Assembly (NCBI GenBank): GCA_965198065.1
Contig: CBDAON010000004.1
Location: forward strand, 1,184,001-1,248,000
DNA length: 64,000 nucleotides
DNA from: Longimicrobiales bacterium
Lineage (GTDB): Bacteria > Gemmatimonadota > Gemmatimonadetes > Longimicrobiales > Gaopeijiaceae
Direction: 5' to 3'
The notes beneath the pieces were generated by a model. The model saw only the letters and a list, made by a program, of their open reading frames with translations, did no database searches and was not told the origin of the DNA. The stretch's first letter is position 1, and every line of letters begins with the position of its first letter. Made by a program: the position numbers and the translations under genes. Shown here piece after piece: positions 59,654-64,000 of the stretch.

Positions 59654-61030
59654 ATGGACGTCACCGCGCTGCTCCTCGGCCTCGTGTTGGGCCTGGTCGC
59701 TGGGCTCCTGGGGGGGTGGCTCCTCCTCGAGCGGAGCATCGTCGGCCCGGCGCGCAAGCGGGGGGAGCGACTCGAGGCGACGCTCGACTCGGAGGTGGGC
59801 AGGAGCCGGGAGCTCGAGCGGGAGCTGGAGGGGCTCCGCGTTCAGCTGAGAGAGCAGGAGCGGTCGGTTGCCGAAAAGCTCGAGCTCCTCGACGACGCCG
59901 AGCAGCGACTTTCGAACACCTTCAAGGCGCTCGCGGCCGACACGCTCAAGGGAAGCGGAGAGTCGTTCCTGAAGCTGGCTCAGCTTCAGCTCGAGAAGTA
60001 CCAGGACCAGGCGAGGTCGGACCTCGACCAGAGAAAGCGGTCGATCGACGAGCTCGTGAAGCCGATCGCGGACGGGTTGACGAAAGTCGACCGGAAGATC
60101 GAGGAGGTGGAAAAGGCCCGGCTGGAGGCCTACGGCGAGCTGGTGGCGCAGATCCGTGGCCTGGGCGAAACGCAGCAGCGCCTGCACGGCGAGACGGAAA
60201 AGCTCGTCCGGGCCCTTCGCACGCCGTCGGTCCGCGGACGCTGGGGCGAGATCCAGCTCCGGCGCGTGGTCGAGATCGCCGGCATGGTCCAGCACTGCGA
60301 TTTCGTGGTCCAGGAGTCTGTCGAGACCGAGGGCGGCGTGCGGCGTCCGGACATGACGATCCGTCTGCCGAACAATCGGTTCGTCGTGGTCGATTCGAAG
60401 GTTCCTCTTGACCAATACCTGAATAGCCTGGAGACCGAGGACGGCGACCTGCGGCGGCAGCACCTCCAGGAGCACGCGAAGCAGCTCCGGCGCCACATCC
60501 AGGAGCTGGCGGGGAAGAGCTACTGGGATCGCCTGGAGGCCACGCCTGAGTTCGTCGTTCTGTTCCTTCCCGGTGAGGCGTTCTTCGCCGCGGCTCTGGA
60601 GCAGGATCCGACGCTGATTGAGTACGGGGTGGATCAGCGGGTCATCCTATCGACACCGACCACGCTGATCGCGCTGCTCAAGGCGGTCGCGTACGGGTGG
60701 AAGCAGGAGCAGGTCGCCCAGAGCGCGGCGGAGATCGCCGACCTGGGCCGCCAGCTCTACGATCGCGTCCGCAGCTTCACGACCCATTTGCAGAGCACGG
60801 GGGACGCGCTGTCCAGCGCGGTCCGCGCCTATAACCAGGCCGTGGGCTCGTTCGAGACCCGGCTGCTCGTGAGCGCACGTCGCCTGCGCGAGTTGGGTGT
60901 GGCATCTGGGGACGAGGTCACGGGTGTGACGGGGATCGAGCGGGCGACCCGGGCGATCTCCTCGCCCGACGCCCTCACGTCCCCCGAGCAGGGAGATGTC
61001 TTCGGAAATGCCGATGATCCGGGGGCGTGA
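59654..61030 (+). CDS. rmuC: DNA recombination protein RmuC
   Basis: RGRWGEIQL, RPDM.I.LP, VDSKVPL, PEFVVLFLPGE, TPTTLIALL. Confidence 0.95.
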   Translation: MDVTALLLGLVLGLVAGLLGGWLLLERSIVGPARKRGERLEATLDSEVGRSRELERELEGLRVQLREQERSVAEKLELLDDAEQRLSNTFKALAADTLKGSGESFLKLAQLQLEKYQDQARSDLDQRKRSIDELVKPIADGLTKVDRKIEEVEKARLEAYGELVAQIRGLGETQQRLHGETEKLVRALRTPSVRGRWGEIQLRRVVEIAGMVQHCDFVVQESVETEGGVRRPDMTIRLPNNRFVVVDSKVPLDQYLNSLETEDGDLRRQHLQEHAKQLRRHIQELAGKSYWDRLEATPEFVVLFLPGEAFFAAALEQDPTLIEYGVDQRVILSTPTTLIALLKAVAYGWKQEQVAQSAAEIADLGRQLYDRVRSFTTHLQSTGDALSSAVRAYNQAVGSFETRLLVSARRLRELGVASGDEVTGVTGIERATRAISSPDALTSPEQGDVFGNADDPGA

Positions 61031-62754
61031 GGACGACGACCGGTATCGGACACCTTCTTGATCGGGGAGCGGGTTGGATCCCCCACCCTCGTGATCGGTA
61101 ATGGGTCAGTGACCCACTACTCTCGTGGTCTTGCCGCTGGGCTCCACCCGTCTCCGCGATCGGCCGGGGACTTTTCGCGCCACCTCCGGGGCCCTTGGGA
61201 GCGCTCTCCTCGAGCACAACGCCGCGGTGACCACCTCCAACTTCTTTCTCCACCGGGAACTCTGGCAGCGGCTCCGGGGGTTCCGGGCGTATCGCTACGT
61301 TCACGACCTGGACTTCCTCCTTCGGGCCCTAGAGCTGTGTCCCTAGCACGTTGTCTTCGAGGGTGCGATCGAAGATGTCCGCTATCGGGTCCACGAGAGG
61401 AACACGGTCACGGAGAACGTGCCGCGGGCGCTGGCGGAGCGCGCGCTGGCTCGTGTAACGGGGAGGGCGAGCCTTCCCCCCCGCCTGCCCCTCGGCCGAT
61501 TCGGGGTCCAAGCGGTTCGCTGCGGGCTCGTGGTCGAGGAGCTCGACCAGGGGGGGCTGGAGAAGATCGTGGCGCTGCTCGCGCTCACCCTTCCCTCCGC
61601 GGGAGTGGACACCGCGGTCCTCTGCACGCGGCGGGGCGGGCGCATGGCGAATCGGCTCGTCGAAGCCGGTGTGCCCGTACATGTTGCCGGGCGTCGTCCC
61701 GACGAAGTCCGCAAGTGGATCGAAGCGACCCGGCCGGACGTGCTGTCTGCGCATTTCGTTGGACTCGGGTTCCTCGAGGCTCTGGGGGCTCCGAGTGTTC
61801 CCATCGTGGATACCGTCCACAACACTTATGCGTGGCTCACGGCCGAGGGCTGGAAGGACGAGGCGGCAAAGCACGAGATGGTGAGCGAGACGGTGGCCGT
61901 GAGCCGGATTGCAGCAGAGCATTACGCGCGGCGCGTTTCGGGGAGCGGGTCGCGCTTCACCGTCATTCCCAACGGGATCGAGCCGTCCCGGGTTTGCACG
62001 CTCCCGCGGGCGTACGCCCGTCGGACCCTCGGGATCGAGGCCGACGATCCCGTGTTCGTCCAGGTCGGCCGATGGACGCTCCAGAAAAACCAGCTGGGGC
62101 TCGTCGATGCGTTCCGGGACGTGCTACGGGCGGCGCCTCGAGCGCTCCTCCTCCTCGTGGACAGCGGCGGACCGGGCGTACGTCGCCAAGCTTCGCGCCG
62201 AACATGCGGACCTTCTGGCCCGGGGGCGGGTCCGTCTCGTTCCGTTCGAGACCTGGGTGGATCACGCCCTTTCTGCCGCGGACGTCTTCGTGGCGAACTC
62301 CTACTTCGAGGGGTGGAGCGTGGCCGCGTCTGAGGCCCTCTGGGCGGGCCTTCCCCTGGTGCTCAGTGAATGCGGCGGGAGCCGTGAGCTCGTGGGGGCG
62401 GCCGGGGAGCGCGGGCGCCTGGTACCGAACGCGGTCGGAGATCCTCTCGAGCTCTCGCTGCGCCTGCTCGAGAATCCCGACCCGGCCGGGATCGAGAGGA
62501 ACCGGGAGGCTTTGGTCCGGGCCATGCTCGAGACCCTCCGGCTGGGGGGCGGGACGGACGGAAGGAGCGGTGGGCCGGATCCGGAGAGCGTGAGAGCGGA
62601 GGCCCGGACGTTCGCTCGCGAGCAGCTTACCGCGGCCAAGATGGCCAGGCGTCATGCCGAGGTGCTCCGGCGCGTGGCGGCCGACGGGACGTCAGCCGGA
62701 GCGACCGCGACGGACTCCGGCGGCGTCCCCGCTTCATCGGTTCCGGGCCACTAG
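61031..62754 (+). pseudogene. 5'-truncated, disrupted GT2-GT4 fusion glycosyltransferase
   Basis: DDDRY directly after the rmuC stop; TTSNF...YVHDLDFLLR; in-frame TAG at 61344; GT4 part GGLEK, VIPNGI, QKNQ; frameshift near 62165; NSYFEGW..A.SEA. Confidence 0.8.
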
Positions 62755-62758
62755 GGCC

Positions 62759-64000
62759 ATGAATCAGCCGGGTTTGGTCCTCGACCGCGCGTCCCGGGAG
62801 GTTCTCGGGCTCTACTGGAGGCTCGCGCGCGTGCGCGCTCTGGACCTCGCGATGCCGATCCTCCTGGTCTTCCTTGGTGGCGCCTTCGAGGCGCTGACTT
62901 TCGGTCTCCTCGTCCCGCTCACCCAGGCGGTGGCCGAAGGAGGATTCGGGTTCCTCGACTCGTCGCGCGCTTTCGGATGGCTCGGGCGCATGGTTCCGGA
63001 GGGTCCGGACGTCGTGTTCCGCGAGCGCATGCTCGTGCTGGCCATCCTGGGCCTCGTCGTCGCGAGTCGCTTTGCCTTTCTCGGGACCGAGTACCTCCGC
63101 AAGGTCTGGGTCGCCACGAGGAACGAGCGATACCGGGTGCGGGTGGGCGAGGCCACCTTCCGACGCGTGTTGGGGTTCGGGCGGCAGTACTTCAACCGCC
63201 GGTCCCTGGGCGAGCTGGACGCGGAGATCGGGTGGGCCGCCTCCGTGCCGGAGCTCCTGAATGTCGCGGAAGGGCTGTTCCAGAGGGTGATCCGGTTGGG
63301 GGTGAAGGTGGCCGTGATGGTGGCTCTGTCCGCGGTGCTGACCGCGGCGTTCGTCGTCACGATCCCGTTCGTGATGTTCCTCCTCGGCCGGGTTCAGCGG
63401 TACGCGCAGGCCATAGCGGAGGAGACCGCCGGAGTCGAGCGCAAGGTGCGCCGCGAGGTCCTGGACCTCCTCTTCACGATGCCGCTCGTGAAGGCGTTCT
63501 CGCAGGAAGACGCGGCCGCGCGGACCCACGTGGCGATCCTCCACAGCGCCCAGGGGCTGGCCGTCCGGCGGGAGCGCGTCGTCGGGTTACGCTGGCCCCT
63601 TTCCGAGGTGATCATTCTGGGGACCATGATCGGGGTCCAGGGCGTCATCATCCTCGTGACGGGCGACTTCGGGCCCGGAGACCTGGGGCGCTTCGCGGCG
63701 TTCCTGTTCCTCTTCCGGCAGAGCTTTCCGGACGTGAACGGCCTCCTGGCGGTTGGGGTGAGCCTCGCCGAGCACATGCCCAAGCTGCAGGCCGTCGCGG
63801 GTTTCTTTACGGACGACGGGAAAGAGGTGGTGAGCTCCGGGTCGATCGAGTTCGAGGGCCTTCGTCGGGAGATTCGAGTCCGAGACCTGTCGTTCGCCTA
63901 CACACCGGGGATCCCCGTGCTCAGGGAGGTGAACGCGGTGATTCCCGCTCGTATGACTACGGCGATCGTCGGCGAGAGCGGGTCGGGTAAGACGACGTTC
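62759..64000 (+). CDS. ABC exporter, fused permease/ATPase (MsbA-like), partial
   Basis: ATG 62759; TM domain; LSFAY...VLREVN...AIVGESGSGKTT at the window end. Confidence 0.9.
   Translation, partial: MNQPGLVLDRASREVLGLYWRLARVRALDLAMPILLVFLGGAFEALTFGLLVPLTQAVAEGGFGFLDSSRAFGWLGRMVPEGPDVVFRERMLVLAILGLVVASRFAFLGTEYLRKVWVATRNERYRVRVGEATFRRVLGFGRQYFNRRSLGELDAEIGWAASVPELLNVAEGLFQRVIRLGVKVAVMVALSAVLTAAFVVTIPFVMFLLGRVQRYAQAIAEETAGVERKVRREVLDLLFTMPLVKAFSQEDAAARTHVAILHSAQGLAVRRERVVGLRWPLSEVIILGTMIGVQGVIILVTGDFGPGDLGRFAAFLFLFRQSFPDVNGLLAVGVSLAEHMPKLQAVAGFFTDDGKEVVSSGSIEFEGLRREIRVRDLSFAYTPGIPVLREVNAVIPARMTTAIVGESGSGKTTF

Noticed and set aside
1..64000. CRISPR array, rRNA or intact tRNA
   Set aside because: No regularly spaced repeats or rRNA-like sequence seen by eye; the only tRNA-like sequence lacks its 5' half.

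Overview
High-GC bacterial DNA; gene content suggests Gemmatimonadota (inference from the MSDPIARLNAALEGRY kinase start, HRRSLWQ/TolB-TPR protein, DUF4159, DUF5916 and an M16 peptidase pair). 1-19.7 kb and 54.4-64 kb hold envelope and metabolic genes: a transglycosylase, GGDEF-REC protein, M16 peptidases, glycosyltransferases, an HprK-like kinase plus nucleotidyltransferase, a cytochrome c/Cu-monooxygenase locus with a Tat-exported molybdoenzyme, malic enzyme, rmuC and an ABC exporter. Many of these carry single indels, which may be sequencing error or decay. The middle (about 19.7-54.3 kb) is a mosaic accessory region. It contains an integron-type cassette with attC sites but no visible integrase, a complete IS3 with 4-bp target duplication, a tRNA-Ala 3' fragment (att scar), and many IS and gene remnants. 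It also has two complete cargo-carrying IS1595 elements with TIRs and 8-bp target duplications. One carries an uncharacterised gene plus a PIN gene and interrupts a DUF4062 gene. The other, like a degenerate third copy, has a small divergent ORF sharing a palindromic CATG start with the transposase. No CRISPR array, rRNA or intact tRNA was seen. Family names come from motif recognition, not database searches.
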